Virus record (IMG/VR): IMGVR_UViG_3300031644_000008
Coordinates: 1 to 35,601 of that record
Source: a virus
Taxonomy: Duplodnaviria; Caudoviricetes
Direction: 5' to 3' (one strand)
DNA: 35,601 bases
Shown here: positions 1 to 9,300 of the stretch, piece after piece
Numbering within the stretch: position 1 is the first letter of the stretch
How the letters are laid out: the number at the start of each line of letters is the position of its first letter
Notes under the pieces: model-generated
Told to the model about the DNA's origin: nothing
Seen by the model: only the letters and a program-made list of their open reading frames with translations
Database searches by the model: none
Translations under genes and position numbers: made by a program

Positions 1-288
1 AAGATCTCTAAGATTGTAAGTGAATTAGCTTACAGCCTTGATCTTGACCCTGATGAGATCCTTAACGATCCAGAAGAAGCGGCAATGATGGCACAAATTA
101 TAGGAGCGCAAAATGTTGGACAAGCAAATGGCGGCGAAGCTGTCGGCCCTGACGAACAACAGGGAGCTATGGGAGGCCCTCAAGGAGCATCTCAACAACC
201 TCCGAACCTTGGAGCTACAGGCACTGGCGGTGGCAACATCGGAACTGGAACTGTACCGCAAGCAGGGGAGAGTGAGTTCTCTGGCTAA
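1..288 (+). CDS. Portal (head-tail connector) protein, C-terminal fragment (5' end outside window)
   Basis: Frame 1 is open from base 1 (KISKIVSELAYSLDLDPDEILNDPEEAAMM...) to TAA 286-288. An 'LDLDPD..LN' segment followed by a Gly/Gln/Pro low-complexity tail is typical of podovirus portal C-termini, and the gene lies upstream of scaffold and capsid genes. Confidence 0.7.
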   Translation, partial: KISKIVSELAYSLDLDPDEILNDPEEAAMMAQIIGAQNVGQANGGEAVGPDEQQGAMGGPQGASQQPPNLGATGTGGGNIGTGTVPQAGESEFSG

Positions 289-343
289 TTTGCTACAACT
301 GAAAGAACAAATACAAGAAGCCAAACAAAGAATTGAGGATTAA
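113..343 (+). CDS. Small helical hypothetical protein (76 aa) overlapping the portal 3' end
   Basis: AGGAG at 102-106, 6 nt before ATG 113. Amphipathic helical sequence (WEALKEHLNNL...LYRKQGRVSSLANLLQLKEQI). Stop lies 3 nt before the next ATG at 347. Confidence 0.7.
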   Translation: MLDKQMAAKLSALTNNRELWEALKEHLNNLRTLELQALAVATSELELYRKQGRVSSLANLLQLKEQIQEAKQRIED

Positions 344-346
344 GAA

Positions 347-1780
347 ATGCAAGAATCTATGGATGACAAACGCTACAGAATGCAACAAGAAAAAAGACAA
401 GGCAAGATGTATGGCGGTAGAGCAATGTATGCTGATGGTAAGGTAGTTAGAGTTGAAAACACTACAATTCAAGAGCTTGAAGAAGATCCTGAACAATTTA
501 TGTCGTCTAAAGATGCTGAAGAACATCAAGAAAGGCTAGACCAAGAAGAAATGGATCGGAAGTTAGAAGAAGCTAACAGAAGATTTAAAGAAAATCAAAC
601 ACAAGGGTTTATGTCTGGTGGCTCTATATTAAGTTCTCCTGAACGTGAAGAGTATGCGGGGGGCGGCATAATAAAATTAATTGTAGAGGCTGTAAAGAAA
701 AGCAAGAGTGTTAAAAAAGGAAAACCACCTAAAAGAGCAGAAATACAAACAGCTATTAATGATGTCAAAGATAATAATTTTGATAAACTTAACCAAATTT
801 TAAAAAACAATAAGTCTGAACAGCGGGATTTAAGCAAGTTTGAAAACTATGCTACTGGCGGTGGGGGCAAAGGCGATTTAGATGCTTTTGTAACAAGCGT
901 TTTAAAACCTGCAACTGAAAATCAAGAAAGAACTAAATCTTTAATACGAGCTACAAAAACTTCAAGAGATGATAAAGCTGTAACTGGAGTAGCAGGATTA
1001 GGAGCAGGAACATTATTAGGCGGTGCAGGGACTCTTGCAGTCATGTCAGACTCTGAAGAAGAAAGAATAAATCCTGAAGACTATCCTACCTATAAAAAAG
1101 ATAGTGATAGTGGAAAAGCTTTTAGAGAAGCTCAACGAAAAGCTAAAAAAGAAAAAGCAGAGTTTTTCGAATTTGAAGGTCGTGAGTATAATGTACGCGA
1201 AGCTAAAAATGTAGGTGGAAAACTAAAGTACGCTGAAGGCTCTATGCTCATGCCTCCTGAAATGGAAATGGAAGACGAGATGCCTGAAGACACATACGAC
1301 AACATCCCAGAAGATGAGAAAGAAGCGGCAGAAGCTTCACAGCTACCAGATGATGAGATGGAAGAAGACTACGTAGGCTATGTACTAGGCGAGTCTTTAG
1401 ATACAGAAGAACAAGAATATTTAATGGGCGTTCTAGAAGGTGATGAACGTCTAAGTGGCATCTTTGATAAGGTTATGGATGTTGCAGGAGAGTTCTCTGG
1501 CGAAGGCGAAGTAAGTGGCCTTGGCACTGGAGTATCAGATTCGATTCCCGCAAGGTTATCGGATGGTGAATTTGTTTTCACCAAAAAGGCTACCGATCAA
1601 ATGGGCGCTGATCAGCTACAAACTATGATGGACGAAGCTGAGAAAGCCTTTGATGGTGGTTATTTAATGAAGAAAGCATTTGGAGGTCTAACAAGCGAAG
1701 ACGATATGGATTCGTATGATAGTGAAGAAGAGGTTAAGAAACAAATGATCTCTGCTAACCAAATGCCAAGTATACGATAA
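347..1780 (+). CDS. Head-associated/virion protein of unknown function with repeated xxxGG tags and a C-terminal GTGxSDSIPARLSDGEFV domain
   Basis: 477-aa ORF between portal and scaffold, GAGG upstream. Acidic low-complexity linkers, a Gly-zipper segment (GVAGLGAGTLLGGAG) and the motif GTGVSDSIPARLSDGEFVFTKKAT. Confidence 0.75.
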   Translation: MQESMDDKRYRMQQEKRQGKMYGGRAMYADGKVVRVENTTIQELEEDPEQFMSSKDAEEHQERLDQEEMDRKLEEANRRFKENQTQGFMSGGSILSSPEREEYAGGGIIKLIVEAVKKSKSVKKGKPPKRAEIQTAINDVKDNNFDKLNQILKNNKSEQRDLSKFENYATGGGGKGDLDAFVTSVLKPATENQERTKSLIRATKTSRDDKAVTGVAGLGAGTLLGGAGTLAVMSDSEEERINPEDYPTYKKDSDSGKAFREAQRKAKKEKAEFFEFEGREYNVREAKNVGGKLKYAEGSMLMPPEMEMEDEMPEDTYDNIPEDEKEAAEASQLPDDEMEEDYVGYVLGESLDTEEQEYLMGVLEGDERLSGIFDKVMDVAGEFSGEGEVSGLGTGVSDSIPARLSDGEFVFTKKATDQMGADQLQTMMDEAEKAFDGGYLMKKAFGGLTSEDDMDSYDSEEEVKKQMISANQMPSIR

Positions 1781-1898
1781 AGCTACTTCAGTTCGCTGAA
1801 CCCTTTATTATTTTTTTACCTAGAGGCCACCTTGAAGTATCAAGACCCTATATTACAAACGCGAGTAATATAGCCACCTTGAAAGACTAGCAAGCCCC
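1777..1898 (+). promoter_or_regulatory. Structured cis-regulatory RNA candidate: three GCYAC-hairpin-CCC units plus a 9-bp hairpin, directly upstream of the scaffold RBS
   Basis: Stems TTCAG/CTGAA (1787-1800), CTTGA/TCAAG (1831-1844), CTTG/CAAG (1878-1894), each preceded by GCYAC and followed by (A)CCC. CTATATTAC/GTAATATAG at 1848-1873. Confidence 0.6.
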
Positions 1899-1916
1899 AA
1901 CAGGAGTGTGATCAAT

Positions 1917-2765
1917 ATGTCAACTGCAAACGAACAAATGGAAGAACCAACTGCGAATCCGTATAACTCTAAGAAGGCTTGGCACACGCCAGATGCTCCA
2001 AGTAGAGGTAAAGCAGATACGCTTTTCTTTGAAGAACCCTCACAGGCTACCCGCTCTGCGGCCCCTGAACAAGTAGAAGAAGCTCCCAAAGGAAATACAA
2101 ATTATAAAAAACGATACGATGACCTAAAGAAACACTACGATCAGAAGATAGCTGATTTTAAACAGAAAGAACTACAGCTTACAGCGATGGCACAAGAAAC
2201 GCAACCTGCGTATGCCCCGCCTAAGTCAACCGAAGATCTTGAAAGTTTTAGAGAGCAGTATCCTGATCTATATGAAACTGTAGAAACCGTTGCACACTTA
2301 CAAAGTGAACAGCAACTACAAGCTTTGAAAACTAAGATGTCTGTTCTTGAAGAACGAGAAGCAAACATCCAACGTAAAGAAGCGGAGACTACACTGCGTT
2401 CTCGACATCCTGATTTTGAGGATATACGAGGCGATGACAAGTTTCACGAATGGGCTAAGGAACAACCAGAAGCAATTCAAGGTTGGATCTATGAAAACCC
2501 AGACAATGTTTCATTAGCGATAAAAGCTATTGATCTTTATAAGATGGAAAATGGTATTAAGATTGGAAGTAAGCAGAAGACAAGAAAATCACAAGCCCCC
2601 AAATCTTCAGCGGCAGACATGGTATCTACGAGAACTACTCAAATAGATTCCAAAGAGCCTAAGATTTGGTCACAACGGGAAATCACTAAACTGTCTATGG
2701 CTCAATTCGACAAGTATGAAGCCGATATTGACCTAGCTATTATGGAAGGCAGGATAGTAGATTAA
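1917..2765 (+). CDS. Capsid scaffolding protein
   Basis: Directly upstream of the capsid gene. Acidic N-terminus, coiled coil (YKKRYDDLKKHYDQK), HPDF motif, C-terminal 'IDLAIMEGRIVD'. AGGAG at 1902-1906 favours ATG 1917 over GTG 1908. Confidence 0.75.
   Translation: MSTANEQMEEPTANPYNSKKAWHTPDAPSRGKADTLFFEEPSQATRSAAPEQVEEAPKGNTNYKKRYDDLKKHYDQKIADFKQKELQLTAMAQETQPAYAPPKSTEDLESFREQYPDLYETVETVAHLQSEQQLQALKTKMSVLEEREANIQRKEAETTLRSRHPDFEDIRGDDKFHEWAKEQPEAIQGWIYENPDNVSLAIKAIDLYKMENGIKIGSKQKTRKSQAPKSSAADMVSTRTTQIDSKEPKIWSQREITKLSMAQFDKYEADIDLAIMEGRIVD
2045..2065 (+). promoter_or_regulatory. Fourth GCYAC-hairpin-CCC unit inside the scaffold coding sequence
   Basis: GGCTAC-CCGC-TCT-GCGG-CCCC, with flanking CAGG/CCTG able to form a lower stem. 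Confidence 0.5.
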
Positions 2766-2796
2766 ACATTATTGTCTTTTTTTGGAGTAACATAAC

Positions 2797-3786
2797 ATGG
2801 CTTTTAACACATCAGACGCTCTATTTGAGCAAAGCACAGACACAAACGGTAACTTTGGTAACTCAGTTACTGGTCAAACTAACAGCTTCTTCCTACCCTC
2901 AGTCTTTTCTAAGAAGGTTCTTAACTTCTTCCGTAAGGCATCGGTAGCTGAAGCAATTACCAACACTGATTACAGTGGTGAAATCACAGGTTTCGGTGAC
3001 TCTGTAAAGATCATCAAAGAGCCAGTAATCACTGTAGCCGCTTATGAGCGTGGCGCTGACGTAGCTCAGACTAAGCTGACTGACATTGAAACTACTTTGA
3101 TCGTTGATATTGCTAACGCATTCAAGTTCAAAGTTGATGATATTGAAACAGCTATGTCTCACGTAAACTTTAAAGAAGTTGCATCTTCATCTGCCGCTTA
3201 CGCTTTGCGTGACGCATTTGACGCAGGTGTAATTGCTAAGATGTTTGCAGGTGTTTCAGCTTCAAGCCCTAACCACATCCTTGGTAGCGATAGTGCTACT
3301 GACCTAGCCGCAGGAACTCTTGACGGCACTGGTAACTTGGACATTGGTTTCGGTTCTAACGAGCATGATCCTTTGGATGTCATGGCACACATGGCGCGTC
3401 TTCTTGACGAGCAAAACATCCCAGAGGAAGGACGTTGGTTCTTGGCACCACCTAGCTTCTACGAGCAACTTGGACAATCTAGCTCTAAGTTAATGTCTGT
3501 AGACTTCAACGCCGGACAAGGTGGAATCCGCAATGGATTGGTATCTTCTGGTAAGCTACGTGGTTTTGATATGTACAAGTCTAACAACGTACCTGCTACT
3601 TCTAATGCCGCAGGTCAGATCCTTGCAGGACACATGAGTTCTACTGCAACGGCTCAGACCATTACAAGCACTGAGGTTCTTCGTGACCCAGATAGCTTTG
3701 GCGACATCTGTCGTGGTTTGCACGTTTATGGTGCTAAAGTTTTACGCCCTGACGCACTTGTTTCTGCGTTCTACGGTATCGACTAA
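2797..3786 (+). CDS. Major capsid protein (HK97 fold, P22-coat-like marine podovirus type)
   Basis: 329 aa, GGAG RBS, highly biased codons. Motifs FLPSVFSKKVLNFFRKASVAEAITNTDYSGEI..FGDSVKIIKEP and RDPDSFGDICRGLHVYGAKVLRPDAL. Confidence 0.9.
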   Translation: MAFNTSDALFEQSTDTNGNFGNSVTGQTNSFFLPSVFSKKVLNFFRKASVAEAITNTDYSGEITGFGDSVKIIKEPVITVAAYERGADVAQTKLTDIETTLIVDIANAFKFKVDDIETAMSHVNFKEVASSSAAYALRDAFDAGVIAKMFAGVSASSPNHILGSDSATDLAAGTLDGTGNLDIGFGSNEHDPLDVMAHMARLLDEQNIPEEGRWFLAPPSFYEQLGQSSSKLMSVDFNAGQGGIRNGLVSSGKLRGFDMYKSNNVPATSNAAGQILAGHMSSTATAQTITSTEVLRDPDSFGDICRGLHVYGAKVLRPDALVSAFYGID

Positions 3787-3801
3787 GTAAGCAATTAGAG
3801 A

Positions 3802-3828
3802 AGGGGGTGTAAAAGCCCCCTGATCTTT
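3802..3828 (+). terminator. Stem-loop after the capsid gene; weak intrinsic terminator or mRNA-stabilising hairpin
   Basis: AGGGGG-T / GTAAAA loop / G-CCCCCT, followed only by GATCTTT (short U tract). Confidence 0.5.
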
Positions 3829-3839
3829 AAGAGGTTATA

Positions 3840-4013
3840 ATGGCAATACTTGGAAGCAACACAAAGCCTGTGATGATACAAGGCAGAAGTAAAGGAAAGA
3901 TACTAGGCGATACAGGAAGTTGGTATAAGCCAGAGAACAAAAAGAAATACGAAGATAACTGGGATGCTATCTTTGGAAAGAAAGAAACTGAAACTAAATC
4001 AAAGGCGCAATAA
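3840..4013 (+). CDS. Small basic hypothetical protein (57 aa; not in the ORF track)
   Basis: GAGGT RBS, then MAILGSNTKPVMIQG...KKYEDNWDAIFGKKETETKSKAQ*. It fills the gap before 4017. Confidence 0.75.
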   Translation: MAILGSNTKPVMIQGRSKGKILGDTGSWYKPENKKKYEDNWDAIFGKKETETKSKAQ

Positions 4014-4016
4014 GAT

Positions 4017-4787
4017 ATGGCAACAACTTACCTTGAACTAACTAATGAACTTCTTCGTGAACTCAATGAAGTTGCCTTAACTGCATCAACCTTTTCAAGT
4101 GCGTTAGGCGTACAGCAACACGTTAAAGACTCAGTAAATAGAGCTTACTTTGATATTATAACTCAAGAACCTCAATGGCCTTTCTTATCTGTTGCAGAAA
4201 GTGGCACAGTAGATCCAATGTACGGAAACGTATTTGTTGAGACAGTTATAGGTCAGCGTTTCTTTGAGTTAAAACCTGCTAGTTCCAATATTACAACCGA
4301 CTACAGTTCAATAGATTGGGATAACTTTTATCTTACTACTGTAGGCGTATCTGGAGAATCTCCTCCGTACATAAGTCGCAACCTTAAATTCTTAACAACT
4401 GAAGAATGGAAAGACTTTCGCAGAATTGGAGAGAACCTAGACGATGCAGACACACAAAACTACGGTGTTCCTTCTGCCGTTATTAGAAGCCCAGACTCAC
4501 GTAAGTTTGGACTCAGCCCTATTCCCGATAAGGTATACCGCGTTTGGTTTTATGCGTGGAACCTTCCAACAAAACTAGTTGCTCATGGCGACACTCTAGT
4601 TTTCCCAGATTTGTATACTGGTGTTCTACAAGCTAGAGCTAGGTACTATATCTGGCAGTTCAAAGACAATCCACAGGCGGCGGCATTCGCATTAGATGAT
4701 TACAAAAAAGGATTACGCAGTATGCGTTCTAACCTTATTGAGCCTACGCCTACATATATTAAAGATGATCGGATGAGGTATGTTTAA
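4017..4787 (+). CDS. Tail tubular protein A / head-tail adaptor
   Basis: 256 aa after the capsid gene. N-terminal 'TYLELTNELLRELNEV' helix, W-P-F and P-I-P-D-K-x-Y motifs typical of podovirus adaptors. Confidence 0.7.
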   Translation: MATTYLELTNELLRELNEVALTASTFSSALGVQQHVKDSVNRAYFDIITQEPQWPFLSVAESGTVDPMYGNVFVETVIGQRFFELKPASSNITTDYSSIDWDNFYLTTVGVSGESPPYISRNLKFLTTEEWKDFRRIGENLDDADTQNYGVPSAVIRSPDSRKFGLSPIPDKVYRVWFYAWNLPTKLVAHGDTLVFPDLYTGVLQARARYYIWQFKDNPQAAAFALDDYKKGLRSMRSNLIEPTPTYIKDDRMRYV

Positions 4788-6388
4788 TGGCCGCTTCACA
4801 ACCCTTTGGTATCTCTTGTAGAGGCGGGTTAAACACCAACCTTAATCAGCTTGAAATGCTTGCTCAGCCCGGAGTTGCTACAGAGTTATTAAACTTTGAA
4901 GTGAATCCAGATGGCGGGTACAGACGTATAAATGGTTACTCAGCTTTTGGATCTAATCGACCTAATGGTGGTGAAACTGTATTAGGACTTAAAGTTTATG
5001 CAGACGGTGTAGTTGTTTGTAGCGGTACAGGTATTTTCTTTAGTGTTGATGGAGCAAGTTGGTTACAGTTAAACAAAGCAAGCGTAGCTAGTGGAGGAGA
5101 TAACTTCACAACCTTTAGTAACCGTAGCGTAGATGCAAGAACTGGACAAGCCCAAGTAACTTTTACAATCTTTGAAGGCAACAGCGACTACGGTCAGCTT
5201 ATAATCACTGATGGGATAAACAAGCCTTTCTTATTTAATATGACAGGCACTGGTGGCTTAGCTTCTCGCACATTCTTTGCAGAAGAAGTAACAGTAGATG
5301 GAACAACATCTCCTACAGTATGTGTTATTCACGACAGTCACTTAGTTGTTGCAGGATCACCAAGCGCAAAGAACACAATCTTTTATAGTAATCTTTTAGA
5401 TCCTAGTGATTTTTCTGGTTCTACAGGTGGAGCTATTGTACTTCCAGATCAAGTAGTAGGCATTAAAAGTTTTCGTAACGACTTAATGATTTTCTGCCGC
5501 AACAGTATTCACAAGCTTATAAATATAAATAGTTCTACTAATATTGCAATAGTTCCAGTAACACAAAACGTAGGTTGCCTTAGCTCTCATAGTATTCAGG
5601 AGATTGGTGGTGACTTAGTATTCCTTAGCCCAGATGGTATTCGTTCAGTAGCAGGTACAGCACGTATTGGTGACGTTGAATTAGGATCAGTAAGTAGGCA
5701 GATACAATCAGTAATAGCTACACTTGCAAACTCTGTAAACACCTTTACACTTACAAGCACAGTACTCCGCAGTAAGTCTCAGTATAGATTATTCTTTAGT
5801 CAGGTAGGAGGTGGATCATCTTCTGCACTAGGAATTATTGGAACTTTAACACCTAACGGTTTTGAGTGGTCTGAAACAAAAGGAATACAAGCAACAGGAT
5901 TAACATCAGGATTTAACAAAGACGGTGTAGAAAATACATTCCACGGAGATAATAAAGGTTATATTTACAACCACGATACAGGAAATGCTTTTTCTGACTC
6001 AGGAATAGCTTTTAATATTAGCGCAAAGTATACTACACCCAATTATGACTTTGGAGACATTGGAACTCGAAAAACTTTATACTACGTAAAAATATCTGTT
6101 TCCCCTGAAGGACAGATACTCCCATCTTTAAGACTTAGATACGACTACGAATCTTTAGATATTCCACAGCCTCCAATATATCCAGTAGAGGGTATTCCAA
6201 TTCCTTCGGCTTTTGGATCAGCAATATTTGCGGCGGCTACATTTGGTGGCAGTAAAGACCCAATGTTTAGACAGGCAGTAGAAGGCAGTGGACACGTAGC
6301 AAACTTTAGAATTACCAGTGATGACCAAAACGCACCCTATGCAATTAACGGCTTATACGTTGATTACGTCCCATCAGGCAGGAGATAA
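4787..6388 (+). CDS. Tail tubular protein B / nozzle (beta-propeller-type)
   Basis: 533 aa, TAATG-coupled to the adaptor. Beta-rich, with GGLN at the N-terminus and VGCLSSHSIQEIGGDLVFLSPDGIRS. Confidence 0.7.
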   Translation: MAASQPFGISCRGGLNTNLNQLEMLAQPGVATELLNFEVNPDGGYRRINGYSAFGSNRPNGGETVLGLKVYADGVVVCSGTGIFFSVDGASWLQLNKASVASGGDNFTTFSNRSVDARTGQAQVTFTIFEGNSDYGQLIITDGINKPFLFNMTGTGGLASRTFFAEEVTVDGTTSPTVCVIHDSHLVVAGSPSAKNTIFYSNLLDPSDFSGSTGGAIVLPDQVVGIKSFRNDLMIFCRNSIHKLININSSTNIAIVPVTQNVGCLSSHSIQEIGGDLVFLSPDGIRSVAGTARIGDVELGSVSRQIQSVIATLANSVNTFTLTSTVLRSKSQYRLFFSQVGGGSSSALGIIGTLTPNGFEWSETKGIQATGLTSGFNKDGVENTFHGDNKGYIYNHDTGNAFSDSGIAFNISAKYTTPNYDFGDIGTRKTLYYVKISVSPEGQILPSLRLRYDYESLDIPQPPIYPVEGIPIPSAFGSAIFAAATFGGSKDPMFRQAVEGSGHVANFRITSDDQNAPYAINGLYVDYVPSGRR

Positions 6389-6394
6389 CCAGAC

Positions 6395-9300
6395 ATGGCA
6401 GGAACAAGTTATACACGACAAAGCACACTTACAGATGGCGATACAATCACAGCCGCTCTTTTCAATGACGAATACAATAAACTTGTATCTGCGTTTGCAT
6501 ACACTACTACTGGCACTACCGGACACCAACACGATGGCGGTGCGGCTGAAGGTGGTAACATACATACAATTGGTGATCAGAACTTCTTAAACAAGATTGT
6601 AGTAGACAGTTCTAACAATCGTTGGGGAGTCTTTGTAGAGGTTGGTGGTTCAGCAGTCGAGCAGATTCGCATCCAAGATGGTGCAATCGTTCCTGTTACT
6701 GATAGTGATATAGATTTAGGTACAAGTTCTTTAGAGTTTAAAGACGGCTACTTTGATGGAACAATCCACGTAGACACCTTAGACGTAGACGCTAACGCAA
6801 CCATTGCAGGTACTCTTGGAGTAACAGGCAACACAACTGTTGGCGGCACACTAGGTATAACAGGCAATACAACTATCGGTGGAACTCTTGTAGTTACTGG
6901 TACTACAACGCTTAATGGCGGTACGCTTACTCTAGGTGACGCGGCAAGCGATAATGTTGTATTCGGTGCTGATGTAAACAGTAATATTATTCCTAATACT
7001 GACAGTGCATTTGACCTTGGAAGCTCTTCGCAGGAATGGAGAGACTTATATCTTGATGGTACTGCACACATAGATACACTAGATGTAGATGTAAACGCAA
7101 CCATTGCAGGTACTCTTGGCGTTACAGGTGTCTTGACTGCTTCTTCTTTAGATATTTCTGGTGACATTGATGTAGATGGAACTACTAACCTTGATGTTGT
7201 TGACATTGATGGTGCTGTAGATATGGCTTCTACGCTTGCTGTTGCAGGTATTGTAACCGCTAATGCAGGTGTAAAAGTAGACAACATTACAATAGACGGT
7301 ACTGAAATAGATTCAAGCGGTGCTTTAACACTAGACGTTGCAGGTAACATAACTCTGGATGCTGATGGCGGCACAGTTACTTTTGCAGACGCAGGTAGCT
7401 CACTAGGCACAATTACTTCTTCAGGCTACTCAGGCACAGCGGCTGTAGCTACAACAGTTACAATCACTGACAACGAAAACACAAACGAAAACAACGCTAT
7501 TGTCTTTACAGCGGGTGGTGACTTAGACGGCGGTAACTTAGGCTTAGAGTCTGATGGAGACTTATACTATAACCCAAGCACAAGCACACTAACTGTTCCT
7601 AATGTTTCAGTAAGCGGGACATTTACTACAGTTAACAGTGTGACTATGGATTCTAACAACGCTGTAATCTTTGAAGGCTCTACAGCCGATGCACACGAAA
7701 CAACTTTAACCTCTGTAGACGCTACAGCAGATCGGACTATTACATTGCCGAATGTTTCAGGTACAGTTCCTGTATTAGCTGTAGCAAGTAATACACAAAT
7801 TACTTCAACGCCCGAAGAGCTAAACGCACTAGATGGTATCACAGCAGTAGTAGGCGAACTGAATGCTCTTGACATTGGCAGTACAGCAGTAGGTACAGCA
7901 GTAGCTTCTAAGGCAGTAATCTTAGATAGTAACAAAGACTATACAGGCATACGGAACTTAACCATTACTGGAGAACTTGACGCGGCTACATTAGATGTGT
8001 CGGGTGCTATAGATGTTGCAGGAACCACTAACCTTGATGTCGTGGACATTGATGGTGCTGTAGATATCAGTGGTAACTTGAACATGAGTGGTAGTGGTCT
8101 TATTCGTACCACTGATGGTTCAGCCGCAAATCCCGGAATAAGAATTGGTGTTGATAACGACAATGGAATTTATCGTCCTTCAAACAACACGATTGGGTTT
8201 TCAACAGCCGGTACAGAGCGTATGCACATAGATGCCGCGGGTATAGACGTAACAGGCACAGTAACTGCTACAGGCACTTCAGTCTTTGCAAGTCTAGACA
8301 TCTCAGGCGATATAGACGTAGACGGCACAACTAACCTTGATGTAGTAGACATTGATGGTGCTGTTGATATGGCAAGCACTCTAGCGGTTGCAGGTGTTGT
8401 AACAGCCAACGCAGGTGTAGTAGTAGATAACATTACAATAGATGGTACCCAAATAGATTTATCAAGTGGTGATTTAACACTAGACGTAGCAGGATTGATT
8501 GTATTAGATGCGGGGAATCAAGGCGTTGTACAAATAAAAGATGATGGAACTGTTTATGGAACTTTATTTAAAAGTGGTAGCAATTTTTTTATAGAATCAA
8601 ATATTTCAGATGGAGATATATCTTTCAGAGGTAGTGACGGCGGCAGTAACGTCACAGCCCTCACCCTTGATATGTCAGCGGCAGGTGCGGCTACGTTTAA
8701 TGCGGCAATTAATGTAGGAGGAACAATTACTGGTGATGATGGTTTAACTATAGACGGTGGGGCAGGTAATGCTTTTCTTTCAGTAGGCTCTAACACAGGT
8801 TCATGGGTTTGGAAAAACTATCAAGATAGTCACAAGTTAGCACTAGAAGATTCTGATGGCACTGGAGAAGTTTTAAACTTTAGTACTTCAGGTGTGGCTT
8901 CGTTTAGTAACAATATAGTAACGTCTAGCGGCAAAGTAATTGTTGGAAGTACGTCAAGTGTTTTTACAAACTCTATTATCTCAGCAACAAGTTCTACAGG
9001 GCCAGTGGTAGGCGCACAAAGTACAGCCGCCGCTCACTACGCAGGTGGGTTCCACAATACTGCGTCAGGTGCTGTAGATTTAGTTGCTTTTTATACAGGT
9101 AGTGGAGCTTTAGCAGGTTCAATTGAAACTGGTTCAAGCGGTGAGTTTATTATTGAATCTTCTATATCTGATAAAGATTTAGTTTTTAAAGGCAACGATG
9201 GTGGTTCAGCAATCACAGCCCTTACCCTTGATATGTCAACAGGCGGCACAGCGTATTTTGGTGATGATGTTAGGCTTACTGATAACCATGCTATAAGGCT

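Noticed and set aside
274-1501. 12-nt match GAGTTCTCTGGC (EFSG) at the portal end (274-285) and in ORF 347 (1490-1501)
   Set aside because: Too short to exceed chance with confidence, and no flanking similarity.
3760-3840. T7 10A/10B-style capsid frameshift extension
   Set aside because: No convincing slippery site at the capsid 3' end; the downstream small ORF has its own RBS and is separated by stop codons and a hairpin.
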